From a virus (Duplodnaviria; Caudoviricetes): a DNA stretch of 41,044 nucleotides. The position numbers and the translations under genes are program-made. Positions 18,334 through 28,247 of this stretch are shown here, piece after piece. The stretch lies in IMG/VR virus record IMGVR_UViG_3300008262_000114, positions 1 to 41,044 of that record. One strand, 5' to 3'. Each line of letters opens with the position of its first letter. Position 1 is the stretch's first letter. The notes under the pieces were generated by a model. It had not been told where the DNA came from. It saw only the letters and a list, made by a program, of their open reading frames with translations, and did no database searches.

Positions 18334-20637
18334 CTAATCTAACGGATTGCGTATCTGAGTGCCTAGTGTCATTTCAGCCGCGATCTCGGTCTTGATCTGC
18401 TCTAGTTCCAAAGCGCCTTTTTGTGCTTGCAACCTCTCTTTCATCGCACCTTCAAGTTCTATCTTCATTTGCAATATTCTCGCTTCGGCTTCGGCCTTGG
18501 CATTTATAATTGCAAGTTCATTTTGTGTTGCCGCTTGTGCCGACTGCATCTGAGCCTCGCTATTGCTCTGAATAACCGCTTGCTGCTCGGCCAAATGTTT
18601 CGCTTTATTCTCCTCAATAGTCTTGGACATATAAATTGTCGCAAGTTCCAATTGGTCATTATTCAAAAGCATACGAACCATTACCAAGTCAGATTGCGTA
18701 AACGGCATAAACCCATCACGACCCGCCTTAGTCAACTCTATACAATCTTGAAGTATTTGAGCCTTCTCAGCCTCAGTTGGACGTGGAGTCATGGTAATGC
18801 CTAACTGCTCTAGGGTTAAGCCGTCTATTGACTTAATGCTATCAATAGCAGACTCACCAAACAAATCCTCATAGTAGTCCTCTACTTTGTCGTCATAGCG
18901 TATTAAAACACGAGCCTTCATTACCAAAACTTCTGCAAGTCTTTTCTTAAATATCAACTCGCTCTCTACTTCATCAAAAGTCGCGTTTACCGCGCCACCT
19001 ATCTCTGCATTGATAACACCAACCGCTTTCTCAGCGCTTTGTATGCCTTGACCTGCCAAAACATTAGGTATGCCTAATTCATCAAAAAGCAATGCAATAT
19101 TGGATTGAATCATAGTCAACCACTCATTCATCTGCTGACCAATACCACCCTCGTTCTCCTCTAGCGGGTTTAACTTTTCCTTTTGACCTTGAAGATTTTT
19201 AACCGTCTTGCGAACCTTGATACCCGTTTCTCTATGAATTTTCATAAGAGCGAAAATGTCCAAAGTCTTACCTTGAACAACAATGTTAGCCGTTTCACCA
19301 AGGTCTATATCGTAACCTTTTGGAGCAGCGGCAGCAACGGCAGCGCGTAACTTGTACACGCACATTTGCAAGTCGTCTAGTATTGAAATAGCGCGCTCAG
19401 TCATAGAACGACCTTCTAGGTAGTCCCAAACGTAAGAGTACATTACGTTGTTCTTTTTATTACGAAGCTGGTGTTCGCAAAGACCCCAATTATAGCAAAA
19501 GTCAGTGCCTACAATAAACGACCCTTCATAAAGAAAATCTTTGTTTACCTCAATGGTTTCGCCATCTTCAAACTTGTTCTCCTTAATACTTCCGTCCTCG
19601 TTGTATTTTGCACGAACCGTCTTTTTCTTACCCTCTTTGTTTTTACCCGTGTAGTAAGTAGAGTAGTCAGTAGAAACATACTCCAAATGCAAAACTTCAA
19701 CTGTGAAATTGTACCATGAAGGAAAAACACCCTCTCTAAGGCCAAAGTCCACATTCCTATGCAGTCCGCTTACGGCTCTTTTTAATTGCTGATCTATTTC
19801 TTCTTCGCTATAACCTTCATTCAACAAAATATTGGCCAATTCCTTAACTTGTACGGACTCATAAAAACCAATATACAATGGGTTTTCTCCCAAGTTGTCG
19901 GGATTCCATTGCATTACTACTTTTTTAGGGTCTACCCATCGGAACATGGCCGCGCCCGTCACGGGGTGACACTCTACCTTTGCAACCTTAAAGCGGTGGT
20001 CAATAGTGTTCTTCTGAAACTTTCTACGTAGCTTCTGCCAATCGCTTATATCAAAACCATGCTCAATAATCTTCTCTAAAGTCGATTCAAGTTCTAACTT
20101 GAAAAAACCTAACTTATCAGCAAGTTCTAAACTTTGAATGTCTTTGGGTTGAAAATTAGAAGCGGGAACAGGCAACCCCATTTCCTCTCTCAAATCATTG
20201 GTAGCCACCGACCTTGTGTAAAGACGCCATTTCTTGTCGGCCTTCTCATTCATGTGGGTTCTATCCAAACTCTTAACCTCTACTCGGTAATCACGCGCGC
20301 TAAACATCGACCTAAGAACCGACACTAGCTTCACCATTGGATTGTAAATAGCCCAATTGATATTCACGTAAGACGTAAGACCATCATTGCCACTCATCGT
20401 ATCTGCGCGGCCATCGGCCACTTGTGCCGAAGATGATCCTAAAAACAATTTCTTGTATATCTCAACAGGTTGGTTGCCATCGCTATATTGCTCCCTTAGA
20501 ACCATTCGCGGGTTCATAAAAGTACCAATAAAGGCATTTGTCCTAGAAATCTGATCCGCAGCGCGCAATACGCCCAAGCCAAAGTCTTTTTTGGACTTTT
20601 CCTCCTTTGAAACATTGTCGTCTGGAAACAAGAACAT
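18334..20637 (-). CDS. Portal protein, 767 aa
   Basis: FPDDNVSKEEK start, YVNINW, long helical core and Gln/Ala-rich coiled-coil C-terminus as in crAss-like portals; heads the capsid operon. Confidence 0.85.
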   Translation of the reverse strand: MFLFPDDNVSKEEKSKKDFGLGVLRAADQISRTNAFIGTFMNPRMVLREQYSDGNQPVEIYKKLFLGSSSAQVADGRADTMSGNDGLTSYVNINWAIYNPMVKLVSVLRSMFSARDYRVEVKSLDRTHMNEKADKKWRLYTRSVATNDLREEMGLPVPASNFQPKDIQSLELADKLGFFKLELESTLEKIIEHGFDISDWQKLRRKFQKNTIDHRFKVAKVECHPVTGAAMFRWVDPKKVVMQWNPDNLGENPLYIGFYESVQVKELANILLNEGYSEEEIDQQLKRAVSGLHRNVDFGLREGVFPSWYNFTVEVLHLEYVSTDYSTYYTGKNKEGKKKTVRAKYNEDGSIKENKFEDGETIEVNKDFLYEGSFIVGTDFCYNWGLCEHQLRNKKNNVMYSYVWDYLEGRSMTERAISILDDLQMCVYKLRAAVAAAAPKGYDIDLGETANIVVQGKTLDIFALMKIHRETGIKVRKTVKNLQGQKEKLNPLEENEGGIGQQMNEWLTMIQSNIALLFDELGIPNVLAGQGIQSAEKAVGVINAEIGGAVNATFDEVESELIFKKRLAEVLVMKARVLIRYDDKVEDYYEDLFGESAIDSIKSIDGLTLEQLGITMTPRPTEAEKAQILQDCIELTKAGRDGFMPFTQSDLVMVRMLLNNDQLELATIYMSKTIEENKAKHLAEQQAVIQSNSEAQMQSAQAATQNELAIINAKAEAEARILQMKIELEGAMKERLQAQKGALELEQIKTEIAAEMTLGTQIRNPLD

Positions 20638-20649
20638 GCGTTAATTTTT

Positions 20650-20661
20650 CACAAAATTAGT
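20650..20661 (-). promoter_or_regulatory. -7 promoter element TAATTTTG for the portal operon
   Basis: ACTAATTTTGTG, identical 12-mer to 10575-10586. Confidence 0.7.
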
Positions 20662-20679
20662 GAAAATTAACTAAGTTTA

Positions 20680-20925
20680 TCACAATGGGATAAAAAAATG
20701 AACCTCAATGTGTTTGTTGCCGCGAGGAGAGAACGTCAAAACACCCTCAATCGCTTCAACTTCCTTTTTAGCCTTGCTCAATTTTGGCTTTCTATTTTCA
20801 AGCCTAGCGCGATAATCAACCACGTAACCCGACTCATTGTATCTAAACTCATCGTGCATCAAACCAAACAAGGTTATCCTTGTGGAAACCGAAAACCTTT
20901 CGTCATGCAATAAGTCAGTTCTCAT
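20680..20925 (-). CDS. Hypothetical protein, 81 aa
   Basis: ATG overlaps the upstream gene end; same strand as neighbours. Confidence 0.6.
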   Translation of the reverse strand: MRTDLLHDERFSVSTRITLFGLMHDEFRYNESGYVVDYRARLENRKPKLSKAKKEVEAIEGVLTFSPRGNKHIEVHFFIPL

Positions 20926-21133
20926 TTATTTTAGTGTAATTAAACAACCTAGAATTTAGAATATCATGTAATAACTCCGCTTGATCTTCGGGGTATAAAG
21001 TGACTTCTCCCGTGGCCTCCTTGCGTTGAGCAAAGACCTTAGACCATTTTTTATATATCTCTAGTTGGTTCAATGAATTAATTACATAAACCAAATGTAG
21101 AAAAAAAATGCCACCAATTAATATTGGCAGCAT
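20915..21133 (-). CDS. Small membrane-anchored protein, 72 aa
   Basis: Hydrophobic N-terminal helix. Confidence 0.6.
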   Translation of the reverse strand: MLPILIGGIFFLHLVYVINSLNQLEIYKKWSKVFAQRKEATGEVTLYPEDQAELLHDILNSRLFNYTKINEN

Positions 21134-21180
21134 CTTTTTTTCAAGATTATCCGAAGAAAATCAGCTCACGCGAAAAGCGT

Positions 21181-22344
21181 TTAGTATCTATCCATTTCGC
21201 CAGTGGCGACATTGACGTACATTTCGTAAGTCGCTTCTTTGCCGCCATTTAGTGGCAACAAACGTACTCGGCCTTCAATTGTGCATTGCTTAGTCGGATC
21301 GTAGAAAAATGTATGCGTTTCGGGATTGTAGTGAGGCACTTGACCTTCTGCAATAGGAGCATAGTTAATTGTCTTGCCTTGTGGATCATTTTGTGCCTTA
21401 TGCACTTGAACCACTTGACCCATGTTGCCAATTTGCGACATTGAAGCCATAGTATCTTCCATTGTGTTTACTCCGTCAAACAAGTGGTCGGGAAGCGGCT
21501 GCTCGTTGTACAACACCCATTCCCAACGAAATGATGGCGACCACCACCCGCGAGGCGCGGTATAATTACGGAAAGAATATTCCGCATCCGTCTTTTCGTT
21601 GTACAAAAACTCCAAGTCAATGCGGCCACTACCATCTTCATTGGGAAAGAAGGCAAGATCAGCAAATGCCGTACATGGCTCGGTATCACGATCCACATTC
21701 ACAAATGTACGGGTGTGGTTACTTAGAGTGTAAAACTGCTCCTCAGTAATGAACGGGAACGCTTCAAACTTAGCTTGTGTGCGAATATCAGCACCTTGCG
21801 GCACAATACGCATACCTTCAACTTCCGAGAAGCTACCAGTGTTCAAGTAAGTCCACCGACCCGTTACCTTGTCTTTTTTGGCTATTCGCAAAATTTGCGT
21901 TTCATCCAAACCTTGAATCCACTTCTCACCCGTTTCACTTACCGAAAGGCGAAGTTCGCTTGACGGCTGAAACGTAGGCGAGTTTCCAATAACGGTATTC
22001 AAATACTCAATAAACTGAGGAGTGTATTGACGCTCAGAACGAACAAAAACAAACTCATCTCTCTCTTTGCCTTGATACTCATAAAGCCCACTATGAACCA
22101 AGTTATAAAGCAAGTTTACCGCCATATCACGAGTAGCTCCCGTTTGTGGCAACGTCATGTGTTCCAAGTACGGAATGTTTTGTTGCCGAAATCCATTCGA
22201 AGTGCGAATAAATAACGCCTTGTTTCGTTTACGAACAGTTGTCGTAACCGCGCTAATAGCCATGCTGTCTTTTAGCAAATCAAAAACGTCTTGCGGCAAA
22301 TTCAGTGTGTCTGCGGATATTCCGCGAAAGGGTGTGTGTTCCAT
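21181..22344 (-). CDS. Hypothetical protein, 387 aa
   Basis: Long ORF coupled to the upstream stop (TAATG); no motif recognised. Confidence 0.75.
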   Translation of the reverse strand: MEHTPFRGISADTLNLPQDVFDLLKDSMAISAVTTTVRKRNKALFIRTSNGFRQQNIPYLEHMTLPQTGATRDMAVNLLYNLVHSGLYEYQGKERDEFVFVRSERQYTPQFIEYLNTVIGNSPTFQPSSELRLSVSETGEKWIQGLDETQILRIAKKDKVTGRWTYLNTGSFSEVEGMRIVPQGADIRTQAKFEAFPFITEEQFYTLSNHTRTFVNVDRDTEPCTAFADLAFFPNEDGSGRIDLEFLYNEKTDAEYSFRNYTAPRGWWSPSFRWEWVLYNEQPLPDHLFDGVNTMEDTMASMSQIGNMGQVVQVHKAQNDPQGKTINYAPIAEGQVPHYNPETHTFFYDPTKQCTIEGRVRLLPLNGGKEATYEMYVNVATGEMDRY

Positions 22345-22631
22345 TAATTTATAATTTTCGAATCAATATGCTCAATCGCTCTTAAAACCAAAACAAAGAT
22401 AGCCAAAATACCCATAACGACAAACGGAAAACACCCAGCAAAAAACAAGCAAACCCACGGCAAATAGTACAACAATAATATGTTCCACTTCTCCCATGAC
22501 AAGTAAGATAGCCCGTTCTTTTTCTTTCTATCCGCCACCTTATCAGCGGGTGAAAACTCAATCACCACAGCGTGAATTAAAAAGTAAACGATTAAAACAT
22601 CAAGTTGAATTATGGGTCTAATGTATTTCAT
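22344..22631 (-). CDS. Small membrane protein, 95 aa
   Basis: Two to three hydrophobic segments. Confidence 0.6.
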   Translation of the reverse strand: MKYIRPIIQLDVLIVYFLIHAVVIEFSPADKVADRKKKNGLSYLSWEKWNILLLYYLPWVCLFFAGCFPFVVMGILAIFVLVLRAIEHIDSKIIN

Positions 22632-22643
22632 TCCGCAAAGGTA

Positions 22644-24548
22644 TTAAAACAAATCTTGGTATTCATCCGATGGGTGATCGCTTTTTAATTGACCAAATGC
22701 GTTTGTCAAAAAATCAGAGTTAGGCGTTAAGGCAGCTGGCAGTGGAGCAGAAAATTCAATATCTACTTGCTTATTTTGCCCATCAAAAATTTCTTGAATA
22801 GGGTCTATTAAAACACCATTGCGCTCAATAAAAAATCGCTTCCTCATGTAATTATACCTTAAATTGACGTTTCCAATCTTACCAACACTCTCTTGATCCT
22901 TTATTTTCCTTGTGGTAAGCGAACACTCGCTGTTTCCGTCATTTGAAAATGGTCGGTAATACACCAAAATGTTGTCCGACTTATTTCCCCACATTGCACC
23001 ATCGGCAATAGAATACATGTCGGGTATTGGGTAGTTCCCCGAAGCATCCTTACTTGTTGGGTGAGGACTTCTAGGATGAGCCACAATATGAACGTGAATA
23101 TTATTGGTTTTGGCAAATGTTTTTATATCCGACAAAAACGTTTCAAGGTACTTGTCTGATCTACCACCCGTATCTCGGTAGTTATTGGCTAGTTGATTAA
23201 ACGGGTCAATGACAACCGTTGAAACGTTATGAAGCATAATAGCACGTAAAAACAACCCTTTTATGTACGTTGGTGTAGGGCTAACAACCTTAGAATCAAT
23301 GTATAAAAAATGATCTCCTATGAATTTCTTGGCTTTTTCATAATTAGGAACACTCAATCTACCATGCGCCTTGGGGATATATTGGCCGCAATAAATACCA
23401 ATCATATCCCTAAAAAACTTTTCGGGAGATTCTTCGGGATCAAATATTGCAACACGTTCACCATATTTCAATGCCCTCATAAAGTAATACCATTTTGCAA
23501 ATGCCGACTTCCCGTGATTTGCATAACCTGTTATTACAGTTAGTTCCGTTCGGTTCATCTTAAACAATTCATCTATTTCGGGAACTCCAATGCCCAAAAT
23601 GTTTGGGATTCCATTGTAATAGCTTTCATCTACAACGGTTTCTATATCGCTCAAATGAACAATATCTCGCTGCATCATTTCTTCCTCCTCAGAAGATAGG
23701 TTCTCTAAAACAACCTCTTTTTTAGTCGTAATATCGTTTACCCGATCATTTTTGAACTCAGCACTACCGAACACGTTTCCTTTGTACGCGCTTTCTACTG
23801 CTTTGTCACATTCCTTTATTGAAAAAGTACCCGTAGCATAACCACGGCACATACTCAAAACATAACCTTGTTCTATTCCTAGTCGGCAACAAGCACTTGC
23901 TAGCTTGTAGATATAACTATTCCTTTCGCCAGTGCGAAAACCATCACCTCGGCTTGACAACCATGTTACTATTTTCTGAAAGTGACTATCCTCACTATTG
24001 AGTTTACCCACCGCTTGTTGATGAGGACTAACAAACACCTCGGTAAACACACTTGCTTTGTCGTTTATGTAAATTTCGGGATCATAACTCTCAAAACATA
24101 ATCGACTAGGGTTCACCCCCGTTCTATCCACTAAAGGCCAACGCTCTTGAATAGCCCTAAAATGATCTCGGTGCTTATCGGGATCACTCACTTTTACGAG
24201 AACCTTTAATCCATTGCCGCTTGGACTTATCCAAACCGCATACGAATACTCCCAACTAGACAATTCAACCTTCTTTTCTTGCAAGTTGTCTAATTTGTCA
24301 AAATCAAGCACTATAAAGCCGCTTTTTACAATTTGGTTGCCATCAGACCGAGTGGGGTGAAATATGCCGCTAAAAGTCACCGCAGGTAGTTTCTTTTTGA
24401 TTTCATCGGCCTCTAGTTGATCCTTACAACCTCTGAGTTGAGTTATTCGGTCTTTGCTCTTTCCGTTTTTTATACGAGCAAGGGCATCAACAAGTTCTAT
24501 TTGATAACCAGTATTGGATAAAACTCCGTTATAAATTGATATTTTCAT
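22644..24548 (-). CDS. Primase-helicase: VirE-N/BT4734-like primase domain, PriCT-like domain, SF4 (Twinkle/DnaB-like) helicase
   Basis: KKKLPAVTFSG, VLDFD, SPSGNGLK, RLCFESYDP; GERNSYIYKLA; Walker A GYANHGKS, Walker B VVIDPFN, VAHP. Start moved to 24548 (ATGA overlap with the initiator stop). Confidence 0.9.
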   Translation of the reverse strand: MKISIYNGVLSNTGYQIELVDALARIKNGKSKDRITQLRGCKDQLEADEIKKKLPAVTFSGIFHPTRSDGNQIVKSGFIVLDFDKLDNLQEKKVELSSWEYSYAVWISPSGNGLKVLVKVSDPDKHRDHFRAIQERWPLVDRTGVNPSRLCFESYDPEIYINDKASVFTEVFVSPHQQAVGKLNSEDSHFQKIVTWLSSRGDGFRTGERNSYIYKLASACCRLGIEQGYVLSMCRGYATGTFSIKECDKAVESAYKGNVFGSAEFKNDRVNDITTKKEVVLENLSSEEEEMMQRDIVHLSDIETVVDESYYNGIPNILGIGVPEIDELFKMNRTELTVITGYANHGKSAFAKWYYFMRALKYGERVAIFDPEESPEKFFRDMIGIYCGQYIPKAHGRLSVPNYEKAKKFIGDHFLYIDSKVVSPTPTYIKGLFLRAIMLHNVSTVVIDPFNQLANNYRDTGGRSDKYLETFLSDIKTFAKTNNIHVHIVAHPRSPHPTSKDASGNYPIPDMYSIADGAMWGNKSDNILVYYRPFSNDGNSECSLTTRKIKDQESVGKIGNVNLRYNYMRKRFFIERNGVLIDPIQEIFDGQNKQVDIEFSAPLPAALTPNSDFLTNAFGQLKSDHPSDEYQDLF

Positions 24549-25588
24549 GTTAATTGATCGGGGGTAAAGTTTGCGATTGTCTTTTTCGGTTCTGATTGCT
24601 TTGTGCTTGTGTAGTAGTGGCGATCCCACATTTGTTCTTTAACGTACCTCGATAGCATGGGAAGTTCGGGAGTAAACTTTTGTTCTTCTCTTTGCGCTTT
24701 ACGTTGTTCGTTTTGATCTTTCAGTTTATCAAGCAAGGTCGGCACAACCTCATGCCATGTTTTTGGGTGACGCTTTTTTAGATTTTCAAATTCCTTATCC
24801 AAACCCATAACGCTTCCGTTTGATTTTCGGTACTCCACTCGGAACGCTTCAAACGTTTCTTTCAACTCATCGTGTCGCTCTTTTGAAACTCCTATGCGTG
24901 CATAGGGCGCACTTACTATTTGTTCTCGTACATTTTCTTTACATACACCCATTGAAGAACCAATAGTATTGCCTTGTATGCTCTCATTGTTGGACAAGCT
25001 CATATCGCTTTCAGCGATACTCCCTTGCGAAAGCGAATTGTCGAAATCCGAATTTTGACAAATATCTTTATTATTACTTTTAATATGAACTTTATTGTAT
25101 GCGAAATTCGCACCCCCCCCATGCGAATCTCGCACCCCCCCATGCGAAATTCGCACCCCCTCTGATTGGGATAAATATTTATTCAAAAGGGCATCATCGT
25201 ACTCTTTATTGATCTTTTTTATTTTCGAAAAAAAGTCAGAACTAGCAAGGTGCAATTGTCCGTAAGAGTCAGTCATAATAAAAGTTACGTCCTCCATTTC
25301 ACGTATTTCATAGATAAATTCGGTACAACGAACCCTTGAATCTGAAATACCAATATCTTCGGGATATTCAATATATCCTTTATTGTAAAGTGCATTCATA
25401 ACCTCTTGAACAGACCTAACTGGTATGTCTAAGTAGTCTGCTGTATTTTTGCGCGACTTAATGCACCATCCGTTAGTCTTTGAGTTCCAAGACAACCTAG
25501 TTATCTCGCATAAAACCGCCATTTCCTTTAGGGAGAGCTGCAATGCTTTCCGTAACACATGGTTTCCTGCTGAAAAATGATTTATCAT
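24545..25588 (-). CDS. Replication initiator (lambda O-like organisation), 347 aa
   Basis: N-terminal wHTH pattern (SRKNTADYLDIPVRSVQEVMNALYNKGYI), internal iterons, coupled to the helicase gene. Confidence 0.75.
   Translation of the reverse strand: MINHFSAGNHVLRKALQLSLKEMAVLCEITRLSWNSKTNGWCIKSRKNTADYLDIPVRSVQEVMNALYNKGYIEYPEDIGISDSRVRCTEFIYEIREMEDVTFIMTDSYGQLHLASSDFFSKIKKINKEYDDALLNKYLSQSEGVRISHGGVRDSHGGGANFAYNKVHIKSNNKDICQNSDFDNSLSQGSIAESDMSLSNNESIQGNTIGSSMGVCKENVREQIVSAPYARIGVSKERHDELKETFEAFRVEYRKSNGSVMGLDKEFENLKKRHPKTWHEVVPTLLDKLKDQNEQRKAQREEQKFTPELPMLSRYVKEQMWDRHYYTSTKQSEPKKTIANFTPDQLT
25099..25160. repeat. Three iterons ATGCGAA(A/T)(T/C)TCGCA-Cn; putative replication origin
   Basis: Starts at 25099, 25121 and 25142; palindromic core TGCGAA-N-TTCGCA; AT-rich flanks. 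Confidence 0.8.
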
Positions 25589-25589
25589 C

Positions 25590-25739
25590 TTAATTTACCA
25601 TTTTAGTTACTACTTCGTTGATTTCGGTGTCCGAAGCACCATAATGATCGGACAATGTTTCTTGATCCACCCCGCCTTGCGTATGGATAATGTACGCGAT
25701 TCCAATTTCGCGCAATGTCATTTTGCTTGTATTAAACAT
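25590..25739 (-). CDS. Small HTH-like protein, 49 aa (not in ORF track)
   Basis: MFNTSKMTLREIGIAYIIHTQGGVDQETLSDHYGASDTEINEVVTKMVN; its stop lies 1 nt before the initiator ATG. Confidence 0.6.
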   Translation of the reverse strand: MFNTSKMTLREIGIAYIIHTQGGVDQETLSDHYGASDTEINEVVTKMVN

Positions 25740-25751
25740 GATTTTTTGAAT

Positions 25752-25783
25752 AAAAAAAGCCTCGCGTCTCTACTCGCAAGGCT
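25752..25783 (-). terminator. Intrinsic terminator inside the 5' leader of the replication operon
   Basis: AGCCTTGCG-AGTAGAGA-CGCGAGGCT then T tract. Confidence 0.75.
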
Positions 25784-25856
25784 AATTATAAAAGATTTTT
25801 ATCTTTCGTTCGGCCACTTTTAAAGGTAGAGAATCATTAAAAGTGGACGAACTATA
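25752..25856 (-). ncRNA. Candidate structured leader/small RNA with two hairpins having complementary loops
   Basis: 15-bp stem 25808-25852 with loop containing UCUCUAC; terminator loop contains GUAGAGA; promoter immediately upstream. Confidence 0.55.
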
Positions 25857-25861
25857 CAATG

Positions 25862-25869
25862 CAAATCTA
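25862..25869 (-). promoter_or_regulatory. -7 promoter element TAGATTTG
   Basis: Exact TAnnTTTG match in an intergenic region. Confidence 0.7.
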
Positions 25870-25983
25870 ATCAAAAAAAACGTATAACGAAACCAATCGT
25901 AAAATTTATTTTCTCACCACGTTTGGCGTGTAAATTCAAGACAAATTTAGTTAATTCTTCCCAATTAGACTTGCTAATAAAAG

Positions 25984-27369
25984 TTAAAACGCCTTATCCC
26001 TCCTTGTGAGTTCTTCGATAAACGCTTCCTTCAACTTGCCATAAGCAGCCCAACCCCCAAAGTTCTCCAGCATCCAAGCCATAAACTGAGTTTGTAGCTT
26101 CACAATAGGAACGTCTTTGTGTTTGCCAAAAGGCATAACCATACCTACTTGCAACCCTTTGGTAACAACGTCAGACTCATTTATCCCTAGTTCTTCAAGT
26201 GGAACGGAACTTAATTTGGTATTACCCGACCAAACCTCCCAAGTATTGCCGAATCGCTGCTCAATAACCAAGTCCTCGATTTTGCCAAACTTCTTTGTCA
26301 CCCCCACAAAGTCAGAAATAATACACTTCTCCTTCCCTTCGTGAATACGTGTACCCCTACCAATAGCTTGATATAACCACGCAAGCGACATAGTTGGCCT
26401 TGCTAGAACAATCTCGTCTATTTCGGGGTAATCAAATCCAACTGAAAGCACGTTTACGTTTATCACTACTCGGCATTTTCCGTTTCTAAAGTTAGCTATA
26501 ACCCAGTCCCGTTCTTTCTTGGGAAGATCGCCATGAACCACCATTGATCCCTTTATCTGCTCAGACATTTCATAGGCAGAGGTAATTGTTGGCACAAACA
26601 CTAGGATATGCTTGCTAGGTGTTTTTTTAAGATGCTTTCTGATTTTACCCGCGAGGTCATTAGCCTTAAACGCATCGGCAACGGACTTATCGGTGTATTC
26701 AGCCCCCGTAGAATTTACTCGCAGCAACGTAGAAACAAAGTCATAGTGATTGTAAACAAGTGGCGACCAACGCTTTGCGCTTATTATCTCGTGAATTTGG
26801 CAGCAATAAATAATATCTTTGAAATAACCACACCCTTTTTTGTTAGAAGTGAGCATATTGAGTTGCGAGTACCTTTCCTCAGACAAAAAAGAGGAGTAGT
26901 TGCCAAGCCGAAACGGAGTAGCGGTCAGTCCAATGACCTTTTTCACCCCTAGTTCGCGGATAAAACCACCAAACATAGCCGTGCTATCAACTGGACTCAA
27001 ATGTACCTCATCAACTATCACGCATTTTACCCCGCTTTGCTTAAATGTAGCAGCCAACTGCTTAATAGAACCAATAGTGGCATAGGTAATATCACCGATC
27101 TCTTTTACCCCCATAGAAGCAGAGAAGATACTTGCCTCCCCACCTAAAGCAATTAGCTTTGAGTAGTTTTGTTCAAGCAGTTCTTTCGATGGCTGAATAA
27201 CAAGGACTTTCCCTATTCGCCTAGCAAGTTCAGAAATGATAATGGACTTGCCGTAAGCGGTAGGGGCTACCATGATAACGGGCTTGTCGTCCTTTTTGTG
27301 CGTTGAGTTGAAGTATTCCATTCCTTTTTGAATGGCCACCTCTTGCATTGGAAATAATTTGATTGACAT
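25984..27369 (-). CDS. SF2 DExH helicase (RadD/YejH-like), 461 aa
   Basis: APTAYGKS, DEVH, GLTATP, LSVGFDYP, QAIGRGTR; C-terminal MPFGKHK domain. Confidence 0.92.
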   Translation of the reverse strand: MSIKLFPMQEVAIQKGMEYFNSTHKKDDKPVIMVAPTAYGKSIIISELARRIGKVLVIQPSKELLEQNYSKLIALGGEASIFSASMGVKEIGDITYATIGSIKQLAATFKQSGVKCVIVDEVHLSPVDSTAMFGGFIRELGVKKVIGLTATPFRLGNYSSFLSEERYSQLNMLTSNKKGCGYFKDIIYCCQIHEIISAKRWSPLVYNHYDFVSTLLRVNSTGAEYTDKSVADAFKANDLAGKIRKHLKKTPSKHILVFVPTITSAYEMSEQIKGSMVVHGDLPKKERDWVIANFRNGKCRVVINVNVLSVGFDYPEIDEIVLARPTMSLAWLYQAIGRGTRIHEGKEKCIISDFVGVTKKFGKIEDLVIEQRFGNTWEVWSGNTKLSSVPLEELGINESDVVTKGLQVGMVMPFGKHKDVPIVKLQTQFMAWMLENFGGWAAYGKLKEAFIEELTRRDKAF

Positions 27370-27388
27370 AGTGTTTGTGTTGTGCGTA

Positions 27389-27469
27389 CAAAACTAAGTA
27401 AACGCTTGAATTTCAAATTGCCAAAAGGTGTTAAATAGGTTGCAGCGATGTATTATCACATTACATTTG
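27389..27469. promoter_or_regulatory. Divergent promoter pair: TAGTTTTG (minus, 27396-27389) and TACATTTG (plus, 27462-27469)
   Basis: Both match TAnnTTTG and face the adjacent genes. Confidence 0.7.
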
Positions 27470-27518
27470 TCACTCAAAGTTATAGTCAAATCCATATTAA
27501 TTAAAACAATTCCAAACA

Positions 27519-28193
27519 ATGGGACTAGAAAATGGTGGAGGTAGCCAAAGAAATTACCTATCAATTAGCGATGGTAAAATCGCAAAGAGCGTTCAAGAAG
27601 GTACGCCAAACGCTGTAAAGAAAACAAACAAGGAAGGGACAAAGACGTTCTACGAACTTCATTACCCTGCGGTATCGGGATTTATCCGCGATGCACGTAA
27701 GCGCCCAACCGATTGGGGTGACAAACTCCAAATCGACATTGAGGACAATGGAGTGTTGTATTCACTTGAAATGCCGTGGTCAAGTCGCTATTCAAGCGGG
27801 TTCTTCACTTGTATTCCAAACATTGACGTGTCAAAGAAAGTTCGCTTTTCTCCGTACATGAAAATTATGGACGATGGCAAGAAAAAAACAATGCTTTATT
27901 TGTCTTATGCTGACGAAAAAGGAAGTGATGGCAAGTCGGTAAACATTCCTTGGGCTTTTACCAAAGAAGCACCAAACGGACTCCCTCAAATGGAGCAAGT
28001 GGTGTTTAAGGGTAAAACCGAGTGGGACGATACCAAACGCCAAGAGTTCTTTGAAAACCTTATGGTAAATACCTTGATCCCACGTATTAACGCAGCGGCA
28101 CAAGGTGTAAAACCAACGAGCGAGAAGCCGTCGGCTTACGTTCCACCAAGCAGCCCCGAATCTTCTGACACGGAAGATGAGTTGTTATTTTAA
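27519..28193 (+). CDS. Putative single-stranded DNA-binding protein, 224 aa
   Basis: Aromatic/basic beta-rich core, Pro/Ser linker, acidic tail ending DTEDELLF; next to helicase. Confidence 0.6.
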   Translation: MGLENGGGSQRNYLSISDGKIAKSVQEGTPNAVKKTNKEGTKTFYELHYPAVSGFIRDARKRPTDWGDKLQIDIEDNGVLYSLEMPWSSRYSSGFFTCIPNIDVSKKVRFSPYMKIMDDGKKKTMLYLSYADEKGSDGKSVNIPWAFTKEAPNGLPQMEQVVFKGKTEWDDTKRQEFFENLMVNTLIPRINAAAQGVKPTSEKPSAYVPPSSPESSDTEDELLF

Positions 28194-28213
28194 TCACACA
28201 CAAACACAAAAAC

Positions 28214-28235
28214 GGGGGAATAATTCCCCCTTTTT
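28214..28235 (+). terminator. Intrinsic terminator
   Basis: GGGGGAA-TAA-TTCCCCC-TTTTT. Confidence 0.8.
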
Positions 28236-28247
28236 ACACTTTTCCTA

